Shown here in pieces: positions 46,140 to 58,170 of a stretch of 64,000 nt of DNA. Each line of letters starts with the position of its first letter. Within the stretch, counting starts at the first letter, position 1. The stretch is from Centruroides vittatus (taxonomy: Eukaryota). The translations under genes and the position numbers were made by a program. The DNA lies in assembly GCF_030686945.1 (NCBI RefSeq), contig NW_027122708.1, forward strand, positions 5,802,248 to 5,866,247, given 5' to 3'. Under the pieces are notes generated by a model. It ran no database searches. It was not told the DNA's origin and saw nothing but the letters and a program-made list of their open reading frames with translations.

Positions 46140-47336
46140 GTGTAAACCAGTGGTTTTAACCTTTTTGAAGTCACGAAACATTTTAGATTGTAAGAAAAAT
46201 TTGCGGAACAGCACAATAACTAAGATCATAAAACAACAACAAAAATATGCACAAGCGTGAATACATAAAATACATAAAAGTAAAAAAATATTCATTCAAA
46301 AAATTGTATTTGTAAAAACTGTAAAATAAATCTTTTATAAAAATGGAACTTCTTTAAATCAATTATAATGCGATACTTGAGCTTGTCGGCTTTTGCAGAT
46401 TTCGTCAATATCAGGTCTAATATGAAATATGGCTACCCTCACTTCTTCTACATTAGTCTTTCTCGTTTTTGAATTTATATATTGCTATATGTGAGATCCC
46501 ACCTCACAAATGGAAAGAGCTGGTAAATAACCAGCTCTCTCCAAATTCTTCAAATCTAAATAAGATTTGAAGAATTTGGGATTTTTCTCCAGAGTTATTT
46601 CAGAGAATTTCATTTTTAATATAACATGCGTTGACAAGGTAACCAATTGTTCTCGTAACGAAAATTCCCAACTTGATATATTAATTGGGTCAAATTGATT
46701 TCGTAATTTTCTATATTTAAGAAAGGAAAGTAACTTGCGATCTTTTCTTCCAATAGTGTTATAACGGAAATACATTGACATTTTTATTAAGCAAAGAAAC
46801 GTATATTATATAGGCCTGTTTTTTTCTGAAATGCGATTTTTCAGAGATACTTTTCTTGAAATGCTGACAGCATTTCAAGAATATTTTCATTTTTTCCTTG
46901 GATACTTGTATTAACGCAATTCAAATAATTAAAAATATCGGCTAAATATGCCATTTATCACACCGAATATCATTTTTAAGGCATTTTATAAAAGCATTTG
47001 TACCTTAATTTTGGAAAAAGACCAACAATTCATTAAGTTCTAAAAATGAGCATGTTATTTTATCCTTGAATAACCATATTATTTTCTGCGTGCAAAAGAA
47101 AAATTTTCGTACTGAGCTTCCATAGATATTGGAGCTTTTTTTTTTTTTAAAAAAAAAGACGTTTTTAATGTTCTTGGCTTGATGCAATTAAACGTATTTA
47201 CAACTTGATCCAGTGTAGTTTTTAACGTTGCCGGTAAAGTTTCTGAAACTAGGGATTCTCTATATGCAAAAAATTTGCTTAGATATAATATCTGAGTTTC
47301 TTGTCTTTGCAAAAGTAACAAGGATAAAGTTCAACG

Positions 47337-47452
47337 CAGACAAAAAGCAACTGCAAAATGCATATTTTGCAGTTGCTTTTTGTCTGCAATGCAGTTTACA
47401 ATGCAGACAAGCAAAATGCATATTTTGCTTGTCTGCATTGTAAACTGAAAAT
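47337..47452. repeat. Two tandem long hairpins (22-bp and 26-bp stems) sharing AAAATGCATATTTTG cores
   Basis: The first is GCAGACAAAAAGCAACTGCAAA-atgcatat-TTTGCAGTTGCTTTTTGTCTGC. The second is CAGTTTACAATGCAGACAAGCAAAAT-gcat-ATTTTGCTTGTCTGCATTGTAAACTG. Confidence 0.7.
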
Positions 47453-48818
47453 TTACACTAAAGTTCGCATAATCATAGTTTCAACTAGTATGCCGTTTTC
47501 ATAATTTTGCAGAATACTTGCAACAAGTTCGCGGAACACCGCTTAAGAACCACTGGTGTAAACGAAAGAAACTTGAATGAATTATCTTCAAACAAGTAGC
47601 TATTGTACTACTAATAAATAGCTACTGTAATAGAATTCAGGAAAAACAAAACAAAAAAAAAATTCATCCTAAAAAGCCCAGGCACACGGAGGAAAAATTA
47701 AGACAACCCTTTTAGGTGTGTAATCCTATTTAGATCTAAAATCTTCGTTGACGATTGATTGAGTCAGTCTTCGATAACTGTCATGTCACCGACGTTTAAT
47801 TTTTCGTTCGTGTACATCGACCTTAATGCATGTTATAAATAATGTTAAGTAAAAACAAAAAATAAGAAAAAAAAATCAAGAGAAGGAATAAATTCTTTCC
47901 GTCTTGTGGGCACTAAGACATTTTTTCATGGTTATCATATGTACAGAACTGAGTTCAATTAGAGCACCAGAAATATCGAGTGGGTTCATCAATCATTTTA
48001 GATTCATATACTGAGTTAGTTGCAGTAGGGAATACACTTAATGTCATAGCTTTCGTTGAGTAATTTGTATTTTATAGCGCTTATTTTATCGAAATAGTCA
48101 TTGTTTGTCATGTTTAATGTCATGTCATGTTTGTCATAATAGACTCACTGGAACAGATAAATATCGAAAATATTGCTTTCTAAGAGAAAAATTAGAAGGA
48201 AACGACGAGTAATAATGAAGAAGAAATAACTGATTCCAAGATCTGGAATCAAATCCAGGCGAGCAACCCCAGAAATTTTTCATGATATTTCTGTCGGACC
48301 TCGTTACCCGTTGTGGATTCGACCGAACCCATGATGGATATTAACAGGGCAGCCCCTCTAGCAACCGCGGTCCCGGGTCAATCATGAAAAATATACATTA
48401 TATAATTTTTACCACAATTTTATTTAAAAAAATAAATTTTAAATAAAGTTATTTCATCTATATATATAAAAAATACAATAATAAAACTACATAGATTATA
48501 TAATTTAAAATATTACAAAGTTGTAAAAAAAAATCAAAGATAAAAATTAAGAAAAGTATTAATTAAAAGAATTATATCATAAAATTTTTTATCTGTGCTT
48601 TGATTTCAGTGAAATCCATAATTATATCGTCAAAATTAATTTTTCACATACTTTGTGTTCTATTGATAATAGATTCTAAACTGCACGATTTCTTCTGGAA
48701 ATCGTGCAGTTTAGACAGCCTATTTAAACGAAATGGAATCGCATTAGTTATAGTATGGGAGCACATGGCACAAAATATTTTAATTTTGTCGTATAAATAG
48801 TCATCTTTATATCCCGAT

Positions 48819-49982
48819 TAGGTTTCTCTAACGTGATTCCGGGAACCCGGCTGTTTTTTTAACCAGGGAAATATCCCGAGAAATCCTGCAAATTTCTTTA
48901 AAAAAAAGAAAAAAGTGAACTTTCGGTGTTAAAGTTGAGGAAATTTTGCAAATAGAAAGTATAATTAACTCAAACTCAGAATACTTTTGTATTTATTAAT
49001 TTTAAGCCTGCTTATTATTTTTTAAAATTCTTTGCTTATGACATGCCACAGATTGTCAATAGTCAATATGTAGCCTATTTGTAACAGGACTCTGAAAATT
49101 CTTTACTCGTCAGAACCTGTAATATCCGGAATAATTGCACCGATGCTGTCTTAATTTTTAACCATGCCCAGTAGCTCCAATAATTGCATTATGCCATGTT
49201 GTACAAATTGGGCAAGGATACAAACAAGTGTGAAGTATGCAAGTATGAAGTTTTTCTTCATAAACTTGATTATCAAAGTCAAACGAACTGCCGAATTATC
49301 GGGCTATAAGCTTGATGCCGCTATTAAAGCAGCCCAGGTAGACAAATCAATACTACTAGACAGCAAAAGAAGTACAGCAACGCATCTCGAAAACGAACTA
49401 GAAATCTTTCAGGCTACAGGCTCCATAACATTTGTCTTCTCTTAAATGCATTAAAGACGGTTCCACTCACATCAATTAAACCAGAAAGGACATTCTCGGT
49501 AGCAGGACTTTTCATTACTAAAATAAGAACCAGATTGAGTGATTGGAGTATTGACGATCTTTGCTTTTTAAAATATTATAAAAATTTAAAATAATATTTT
49601 GTATTATATTTTATTTAAAAAACTGAAATTACTTTCTAAGTTAGAAGTTTGATCTAAGTTCCTTTTTTTTTAAATTTTCAACTCAATTCAAAGACTTTCT
49701 TTTGTTGTAAGCAGTTTCCAATAAACTTTAATAAATTTTTTTCTATTTGCGAAAATTTCTACATAATTCAAAGGTAATTTTAATACATATTTTACTATTA
49801 TTATTTTGAAGGTTGCAGGATGTATTAAATTACTTAAAAAATGAAAAATAATTATATCATTCGATTTCAAGATTTATTTTATATCTTAAAAATAATTGCT
49901 TGTCCCGGGATTTTGAGAAAAAAGTGACCTGTTTCCCGGGATCTCGGGATATAACTAAAAAACCGGGAAATGATAACCCCTG
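48819..49982. mobile_element. hAT-like non-autonomous element, copy C; perfect 8-bp TSD ATCCCGAT
   Basis: The termini are TAGGTTTCTC ... GATAACCCCTG. ATCCCGAT is present at 48811-48818 and 49983-49990. It contains the conserved ORF at 49164-49445. Confidence 0.6.
49164..49445 (+). CDS. Conserved ORF of the hAT-like family (copy C, more diverged, 93 aa)
   Basis: The ORF reads MPSSSNNCIMPCCTNWARIQTSVKYASMKFFFINLIIKVKRTAELSGYKLDAAIKAAQVDKSILLDSKRSTATHLENELEIFQATGSITFVFS. Confidence 0.25.
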   Translation: MPSSSNNCIMPCCTNWARIQTSVKYASMKFFFINLIIKVKRTAELSGYKLDAAIKAAQVDKSILLDSKRSTATHLENELEIFQATGSITFVFS

Positions 49983-50611
49983 ATCCCGATTATCTCCTTT
50001 CCTCAGTGCTAAATCTAAATCCATTGAATGCTTCTTAAGCTCATCCTTGTCCATTGTCTTTAATATAGGAATATTGTAAAGAAAATCGAAAATGGCACTA
50101 TGATCTTCAATTTGCTTAAAATTTTCTTCTGTAGAGATTATTTCTTGATTTACTATTGCTAAAAAATAATTCCTAAAGAAATTTGTTTCAGAAGTATTTG
50201 TACTGTACAGTACATGTACATTACACACACACACACACATATATATATATATTAGTTTCTTCATAATCAAATAAACGTTTTCGTTTTCTTTATCTGAATT
50301 CTTTGAATACAAGGGAGATGTCGCATTTTGTACAAATTTCATTTGCTATTAATTTGATTTTAAGAAAAAATTCCCTCAAATCTTTTAAATAATCTGTCAG
50401 TCCATTTAATAATGACATTACTAAACTTACATCGTTGTCAATGTTTTGCAAACTTTTACTTATTTCATTTACTGCAGATAAAAAGATCATATCAAATAAT
50501 CGCTGATAAAAATATCCAAAATTAAATTTTGATTTGTGCTAGGTTTTTTCAATTTTTTTAAATCAAATTTTATATTAAAAAAAACATACACTTTTGTGCC
50601 AGTTTTTCATC

Positions 50612-51960
50612 ACAGCTATTATTATTATGTGTTGGGTTAAGTGAGATATACTTGGTTAACACCGGTGGCTATGTACTATGCCGGACCAAAGTCAAGGCAT
50701 AGTAACCAAAACAGAAATTAAAGAACTGTATCAGTGTGTGTGTCTGTATTCAAGAATTTTCTCACAATATGACATGTATTCAATATAGTGGCCTTCTTTA
50801 GTGTGATGTATGTGTTTCTATTCAATTGTAATGTGCCCAGGCTTTTGTGCAGTGTGTGTGGTATGACACCTGTAGAGGAGAGAACAACAGGTTCAATAAG
50901 CACCCTATCCATCCTCCACAGATGCCTTATTTCCTGGGCAAGTTCTGTGTACTTGCTGACTTTTTCAGTGCATGTGTTTTGTACATTGTGAGTGTTTGAA
51001 TGGATATGTCTATAATGTATGTGATTTTATTGTGTTTGTCAATGAGTGTGATGTCTGGTCTGTCGTGGTGAATTGTTTTATCTGTGATTATGGCTCTGTC
51101 GTAGTACATGTTGTGCGTGTTGTTTTCCAATACTGTCTATGGAATGTATGTGTAGTATGGTTCATGGATGTCTACTAATTTGTTTCTTTGCAAGCTCTGG
51201 TGTATTATATTTGCAACTTGATTATTGTTCTCACCTTTTTCTGCTATTAACTCGTTTAATCGGTTGTTGAAGTGATTATTCATATCACTTAATAATTCCT
51301 CCATGATCGTTACTTTTGTCAAAGAAGAAAGATTAACTACTGGTCACATAAATTTAAAATTCGGTACTAAATGCAATACACAAGCGCAACTAATTGTAAG
51401 ATGTAAGTTCTGATTGGCTAGTGTATGTCGGATGATCACTTCTCAACGTGTTATTATCACTTTGCCCGACTAGGTGGTAGCAGTATTCATAATGACCGGT
51501 CAATTTGATAAATTGTTGAAATTTATTACAATGCCTGATTTTGTTGGTCATTATTCATAATGCCCGTATTAATCACTTTGCCCATAACATCTATATAAAT
51601 AATCTGTCTGTGCCAAGAGCTTGCAACCGGAAGTGATGTGTTGTATAGTTTCTGGCATGATGTGACATTTTCTGCATGTGTCATTTGTGAGTATTGCATC
51701 TTTGAGTATGTTTTCTGTAGTTTTTAGTATTTATGACCTGATCCTGTATGGCAATCATGAATCCTTCCATCTCCCAAAGAGGCAACCTGAGCTAACCAGC
51801 AGTTTGATGCAGTTTTGTCAACAAAATCCTGGGCCTGGTTGTAGGGATGCCTGCCATGAAGTGACTTTTGAACCCACAATTGTGTGGCCGTCGGCCATAT
51901 TGTTGTATATTATTTTTATTAGTTGTTAAGTTAGTTGTAATATTTCCTGATTTTCTTTCG
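50612..51960 (-). mobile_element. R2/R4/HERO-type (restriction-like endonuclease) non-LTR retrotransposon 3' fragment, copy I, degenerate; (ATA)n tail
   Basis: The minus-strand frames read ..NQVANIIHQSLQRNKLVDIHEPYYTYIP.., then ENNTHNMYYDRAIITDKTIHHDRPDITLIDKHNKITYIIDISIQ.., then MDRVLIEPVVLSSTGVIPHTLHKSLGTLQLNRN. The 3' end reads CTTAACCCAACACATAATAATAATA. Confidence 0.6.
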
Positions 51961-53207
51961 TTCTCTGTTCTTTGTTTATCACCTTCCAGGAACTTCTTCA
52001 TTGTGCAGTGGTGATGACCTAGTTACAGGACAATAGAAAGGGGTAGCTGGAGGGCTAAAGGAGAAATATGAACTCATTCTTTGGTTTGAGCGTTGGAGAG
52101 AAAAGATGTGTGAAGAACAAGGGAGACGATAGGCCTAAGTTAGAATCCGAGAGGATCCTGGAATACTTCGATAGGACATTCGGAAAACATATTTTGAGAA
52201 CTTGAAAGAAATCGGCAATCTTCAGTTTATACCATTTGGACAGATAATCAATCAGAAATCACCACGAGGTCGTTGAAGATTTTGGGTACCCATCTCTCTC
52301 TATCACCATACATTCATCTGCTCTACTGTCTATCCTTTCTTCCCCTCCTTTTTTTTCATTTGTAATATAAGTAAGGTCTATGAGGAGAAATGAAGCTAAG
52401 AGTGACCACACCCACATTCTGTGGAGATATTTATCATACAGGATCAGGTCATAAATACTAAAAACTACAGAAAACACATACTCAAAGATGCAACACTCAC
52501 AAATGACACATGCAGAAAATGTCACATCGTGCCAGAAACTATACAACACATCACCTCTGGTTGCAAGCTCTTGGCACAGACAGACTATTTACATAGACAT
52601 AATCAAGTAGCAAATATAATACACCAAGAGCTTGCAAAGAAACACAAATTAGTAGACATCCACGAACCATACTACAAATACATTCCACAGACAGTATTGG
52701 AAAACAACACGCACAAAATGTACTACGACAGAGCCATAATCACAGATAAAACAATTTACCACAACAGACCAGACATCACACTCATTGACAAACACAATAA
52801 AATCACATACATTATAGACATATCCATTCCAAACACTCACAATATACAAAACGCATGCACTGAAAAAATTAGCAAGTACACAGAACTTGCCCAGGAAATA
52901 AGGCATCTGTGGAGGATGGATAGGGTGCTTATTGAACCTGTTGTTCTCTCCTCTACAGGTGTCATACCACACACACTACACAAAAGCCTGGGCACACTAC
53001 AATTGAATAGAAACACACACATCACACTACAGAAGGCCACTATATTGAATACATGTCATATTGTGAGAAAATTCCTGAATACAGACACACACACTGATAC
53101 AGTTCTTTAATTTCTGTTTTGGTTACTATGCCTTGACTTTGGTCCGGCATAGTACACAGCCACCGGTGTTAACCAAGTATATCTCACTTAACCCAATAAT
53201 AATAATA
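51960..53207 (+). mobile_element. Family-X module (51960-52417) joined to a 5'-truncated R2-type LINE 3' fragment, copy II (52418-53207) with an intact 229-aa C-terminal ORF
   Basis: The ORF at 52421-53110 reads CRKCHIVPETIQHITSGCKLLAQTDYLHRHNQVANIIHQEL...HNRPDITLIDKHNKITYIIDISIP...EKISKYTELAQEIRHLWRMDRVLIEPVVLSSTGVIP. This is a CCHC motif followed by the PD..D..K motifs of the R2-clade restriction-like endonuclease. It ends in (AAT)n at 53185-53205. Confidence 0.65.
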
Positions 53208-53658
53208 ATAACTCTCCCGGGGTCACCACCTGGTCGTGGTGGGAGAGCCCAGTAATTTTACTGATCCATAGGGCAATGCAGACTGGAGCACAAGCTCCTG
53301 GTAGAGACACCCATGCCAGTAAGGTCTATGGGGAGAAATGAAGCTAAGAGTGACCATACACCCACATTCTGTGGAGATATGTATCATGGTAGTAACCAGA
53401 TCTAAATGTGATACCGGTTCGGACGTCGCCTGGGTTAACAAGGTCTGCGTTCGTGGGTTAGGCAGAGGCTCACGTTCGAAAAATAGGCCACAGTCTCCCT
53501 TGGTTACCGGTGGCGAAAGCAGCACCAGCCCAAGCATGGCTACTGCAATGCCCTCAACAGATGTGAGGAACCAACCTAGCCTTGGTGTTTCTGTGGCAAT
53601 GCATCCACAGACCACAAAGGCTGGAAAACCACGCCAACGGATGAAATGAACAACGGAA

Positions 53659-54102
53659 ATGAACAAGTTTATCATCTGTACTTATTACACCATCACAAAA
53701 CTCCAAACAAACATGACAGCATACAGACAACAGCTACACCATAAATTCACACAACAATATCCTCACCTCACTGTCACCGAACAAAGGGTTGTTGATCAAA
53801 AAAGAACAATTATACACAACAACCTTATTCCACAAACAACACTTGAACTTATCAAACAACAGGTTGCTGATCAAATACATCAACAGACAGAAACATTTAA
53901 CATTAATGAAGATCATGTAACCTGTCAGGATAATCCAGCAACAAGCACTGATTATAGCACGCACACAACAACTACCACTATTGATACTACAAACACTTCC
54001 TCATTCATCACCGATAACATAGACATAGATTTAGTTAATACGCTCTCACTTATATTTCAGGAAACACTCACTAAATATACAGGCACAGATCCCAAACCTT
54101 AA
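53659..54102 (+). CDS. 147-aa ORF of unknown identity downstream of a family-X module fragment; possibly a retroelement ORF1 piece
   Basis: The ORF reads MNKFIICTYYTITKLQTNMTAYRQQLHHKFTQQYPHLTVTEQRVVDQKRTIIHNNLIPQTTLELIKQQVADQIHQQTETFNINEDHVTCQDNPATSTDYSTHTTTTTIDTTNTSSFITDNIDIDLVNTLSLIFQETLTKYTGTDPKP. I see no motif I can name, and it has a Thr-rich low-complexity stretch. Confidence 0.2.
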   Translation: MNKFIICTYYTITKLQTNMTAYRQQLHHKFTQQYPHLTVTEQRVVDQKRTIIHNNLIPQTTLELIKQQVADQIHQQTETFNINEDHVTCQDNPATSTDYSTHTTTTTIDTTNTSSFITDNIDIDLVNTLSLIFQETLTKYTGTDPKP

Positions 54103-56756
54103 GAATTTTAAAACATTGACAAGAAATTCATTATTCAGACTATTCTAAGCATAAGAAAAGTAGGGAAATGTTAGACCAACATTTTATCATGCTAGAAATA
54201 ATTTTTTCTCTAATTAAACAAACACCATAAATATTTTCTGTTTTCTACATCACTATTTTTTTCTGTAAGTATATTTACATGCTGTAATAAAATCATTTTC
54301 CATTTAATTAACTGTCACAATTCTAAAGAAGATTCATTTTGGTGACCAACTTTTGAAATTGATAAGTGAAGATTGAAACAGCAAACATTTCATACAGCAG
54401 AACCCAGAGACTACAAAAAATGGGGGACACAAGCTATGAAAAAAAGGGCATCATGCATTAAGGAAGAAGCTTCAAACTATGATTCAACGTCGGATTAGCA
54501 CTTCCGCAATGTAACCGGTTTTCAAGGCTAACTTGGCCTTGAAAACAAGGAATGTAGTTTTGGTCGACATAGAACAAAGTTACATGGGACAATGGACGAA
54601 TATAGTTCAGTAGTTCCTTTTATATTTGCATAATAGTCTAGAAGTCATGCATTTTCTGTTGTTTGTTGATATTGGGATTAGGGTCCCCTTGGGGATTAGG
54701 AAAAGAGCAACTCTGACAGAAAAGGCAGGACATGTCCTCCAAGTGCCCCAATGTATGCGCATCCCTGATTTTATGTTTGCCGTTTTATTATTTTATGTTA
54801 TTTCTTGTTTTTATTGTATGAGTGGATGTTTCACAAATTGTCAGAAAATAAAAAATGTGGTCATCAGAATTGGTAAATTTCATGGAAGACATTGTTTATT
54901 TAACTCCAACTGAAAAATGTAGACCTAGAAATTACCACTATCATCCGTCCGTCTGATGTCTGTCTGTCTTTCCTTAATCTCGAGAATGGAGCTAAATTGA
55001 TGAAAGACGAGACCATATGTGGAAACCTTAGGGGCAGGAAGCCCTCAATTAACTTATATATGAACTTCCGATGCAAACTGGAAGTCGTGTTATTTCAATT
55101 CAAAAATTTTCCCCTGAAACATGTTAGATGACTGGCACGACTATTGTTAAAGGAAAAGTATGATGTACAAGGGAAGCCATTACTAATTCAAGGTGGAGAG
55201 CATATATTAATATTTTAAATTAAAAATCAAAAAATATGATTAAAACTTGCAGCCCGGCATGTGACGATACAAAACAATAACAAGCAATTATTTATCGTGA
55301 CATCATTATATTAAAGCCAAACGATTGCCATATTATATCGGGCTATATTAATGCAACCATTAATAATTAAATGTTAAGCAATTTGGCTTAGAGACAGGCA
55401 TTAGGTGCCATCTCTTGATAAATTTAATAATTATAATTAATATTTTAATAATTAATTTAGGAGGTTCTGAAAAAAGAATCTGCTCAAAGTTGGATACAAA
55501 CCCACAACTCCCACATACAGTGTGGTTGCATAGCCAGTTATGCTACCCTGACTTCTGTCCGATCTTTCCTTCCAGAACTATTAATTTAGATGTAACCCAT
55601 ATTGATTATTCAACACATATTCAAGAAAGTAAAAGTTATTAATGTAATGACTAATTTTCAAGTTTAAGAGATCAAAATGCAGTTGTTTTGCTTTTTCACA
55701 AATGATGACCTTAGAAACACTATCACTAGCTAATTGTTTTTCATCCAAACAATAACAATTTCTCAACCTCTCAATTGTGATCTTTGTTTTGTAACCATTT
55801 TCACCTCTTAGCAACATCAGCTTTTTTTGGACTATTTTTTTAGTATTATAGAGATTGTAGATTTTGCTGTAAGAAAGTCAGTAGCAAGATCAGACATGGG
55901 AGCACCACTTTCATATTTTGCTGAGTTTTTTCATCTCTATTGGCTGTTATAACCAATTTTCTTTTCAGTTGGCTGTTATCTTAGGCTCTACAATAATTTA
56001 TTTGTATGAGGAATATAAAAGAAAGCCAAAAAACGCAAAAGAAATGAGAAACTTTACAGTGAAGTTTGGCAGAGTTGTGCATTGAGTGACAACTGTGAGA
56101 AGACTGACATATTTCCTTTGTTTCAGCCAAGAATATCCATACACAACACAGAGTGACAAAATACATCTATTAATTTTAGCAATAACTTTATCTGATGAAG
56201 ATAGAAAACTCTAGGGTTTCATTTTATTCTTAAATTAGTAATTCATTTTTAAAAATTGCAAACCACACATTTTCATTCTATTTATGATTCTTCCCTTTTC
56301 ACTTCAATTTATTTTTAGTTATATCTGTTTTCTTTATTCACTATATTAAATTCAAAAATGAAATCAAATTGTAGTTGATGATAAATTTATTTAAAATAAG
56401 TAATGGAGTTTTGGAATTATGAATATATGGTAAATTACTGTAATAAATAGTGTATCTTCTGTCTTAGTGATTTATAAAATAAAAAGAAATGCAATTCTTT
56501 TCTTATTTTTAATTTTTTAATACTCTGTGCACTTTGTCAATACAATCACCATGATGCTACTGGTATATAATTAAAAATAAGCAATTACCATTAAACCAAC
56601 AATTAATTGTCGTCCAAACAAATGTTTTCTTCTGTTTTAAATGGTCATTGTCAGTTTCAATGTAAATGGAATGTTTGTAAAAGGACGTAAATTCAAAAAT
56701 TTAAAAAGTCGCATGTCATAAAGATATGTGCGTGCTCGTGACGCATTTAAAAAATT

Positions 56757-57270
56757 AATCTTCCAGCTGGATTTCAGTTTAAAATATTAAGTTTTAAAAC
56801 AAACTTGACAAGAATCTATCATAAGTCAAAGGACGCCGTCTACACAGCTGCTAATGTGTCCATGTCTTTAAAATTAATGGCTGTTTCCCTCTTAGATGCT
56901 TTAAATATCTCCAGTTGTTCGAGATATTTAATGTTGGCCAAGTCCTCACACCGTTGGAGTAATTGGGCATTGTCAAAGTCAGTCGGGACATCATTATCAA
57001 CAGCAAAAGAAGCCAATGCAGTAGTTGTAAGATCTCTCTGAATGGCGTATTTATGCTCCTTGATCCACATGTTTAGATTACGTGCAGTAGCACCAATATA
57101 TTCACGAGGTCGGTTCAAACCTATGATTGTAAATAGGGATAGTATAGATCCCTGGGGTACATGGATACATTAGCAGCTGCGTGGAGGGTTTCCTTTGACC
57201 TATGATAGACTCGTCAAGTTTGTTTTAAAACTTAATATTTTAAACTGAAATCCAGCTGGAAGATTAATTA
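56757..57270. repeat. Cassette bounded by perfect 56-bp inverted repeats enclosing a Penelope-like GIY-YIG endonuclease fragment
   Basis: TAATCTTCCAGCTGGATTTCAGTTTAAAATATTAAGTTTTAAAACAAACTTGACAAG at 56757-56812 is the reverse complement of 57212-57270. Confidence 0.7.
56840..57118 (-). pseudogene. Penelope-like element GIY-YIG endonuclease domain fragment
   Basis: The translation reads MNRPREYIGATARNLNMWIKEHKYAIQRDLTTTALASFAVDNDVPTDFDNAQLLQRCEDLANIKYLEQLEIFKASKRETAINFKDM, which matches vYIGeT.R.l..Ri.EH...........A.H........f...il. No RT is found upstream. Confidence 0.55.
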
Positions 57271-57271
57271 A

Positions 57272-58170
57272 TTTACAACCAGGCCCAAGATTTTGTTGAC
57301 AAAACTACATCAAACTGCTGGTTAGCTCAGGTTGCCTCTTTGAGAGATGGAAGGATTCATGATTGCCATACAGGATCAGGTCATAAATACTAAAAACTAC
57401 AGAAAACATACTCAAAGATGCAATACTCACAAATGACACATGCAGAAAATGTCACATCATGCCAGAAACTATACAACACATCACTTCCGGTTGCAAGCTC
57501 TTGGCACAGACAGATTATTTATATAGACATAATCAAGTAGCAAATATAATACACCAGAGCTTGCAAAGAAACAAATTAATAGACATCTATGAACCATACT
57601 ACAAATACATTCCATAGACAGTATTGGAAAACAACACGCACAAAATGTACTACGACAGAGCCATAATCACAGATAAAACAATTTACCACAACACACCAGA
57701 CATCACACTCATTGACAAACACAATAAAATCACATACATTATAGACATATCCATTCAAACACTCACAATATACAAAACACATGCACTGAAAAAGTCAGCA
57801 AGACCACTGAACTTGCCCAGGAAATAAGGCAACTGTGGAAGATGGATAGGGTGCTTATTGTACAGTACCTGTCACTCTCTCCTCTACAGGAGTCATACCA
57901 CACACACTACACAAAAGCCTGGGCACATTACAATTGAATAGAAAAACATCACACTACAGAAGGCCACTGCTTTCTGTAGTGTGATGTATGTGTTTCTATT
58001 GAATATATTGAATACATGTCATATTGTGAGGAAATTCCTGAATACAGACACACACATTGACATGCTTATTTAATTTTTTGTCTTGTTTTGATTGTTATGC
58101 TTTGACTCTGGTCTGGCACAGTACACAGATACAGTAACTGATGTCAACCAAGTATAACCCTGTAAGGAAC
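57272..58170 (+). mobile_element. R2-type LINE 3' fragment, copy III (degenerate), immediately abutting the GIY-YIG cassette
   Basis: The region is homologous to copies I and II (..ENNTHKMYYDRAIITDKTIYHNTPDITLIDKHNKITYIIDISIQ..). The 5' junction at 57272 lies next to the right inverted repeat. There is no (ATA)n tail. Confidence 0.55.
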
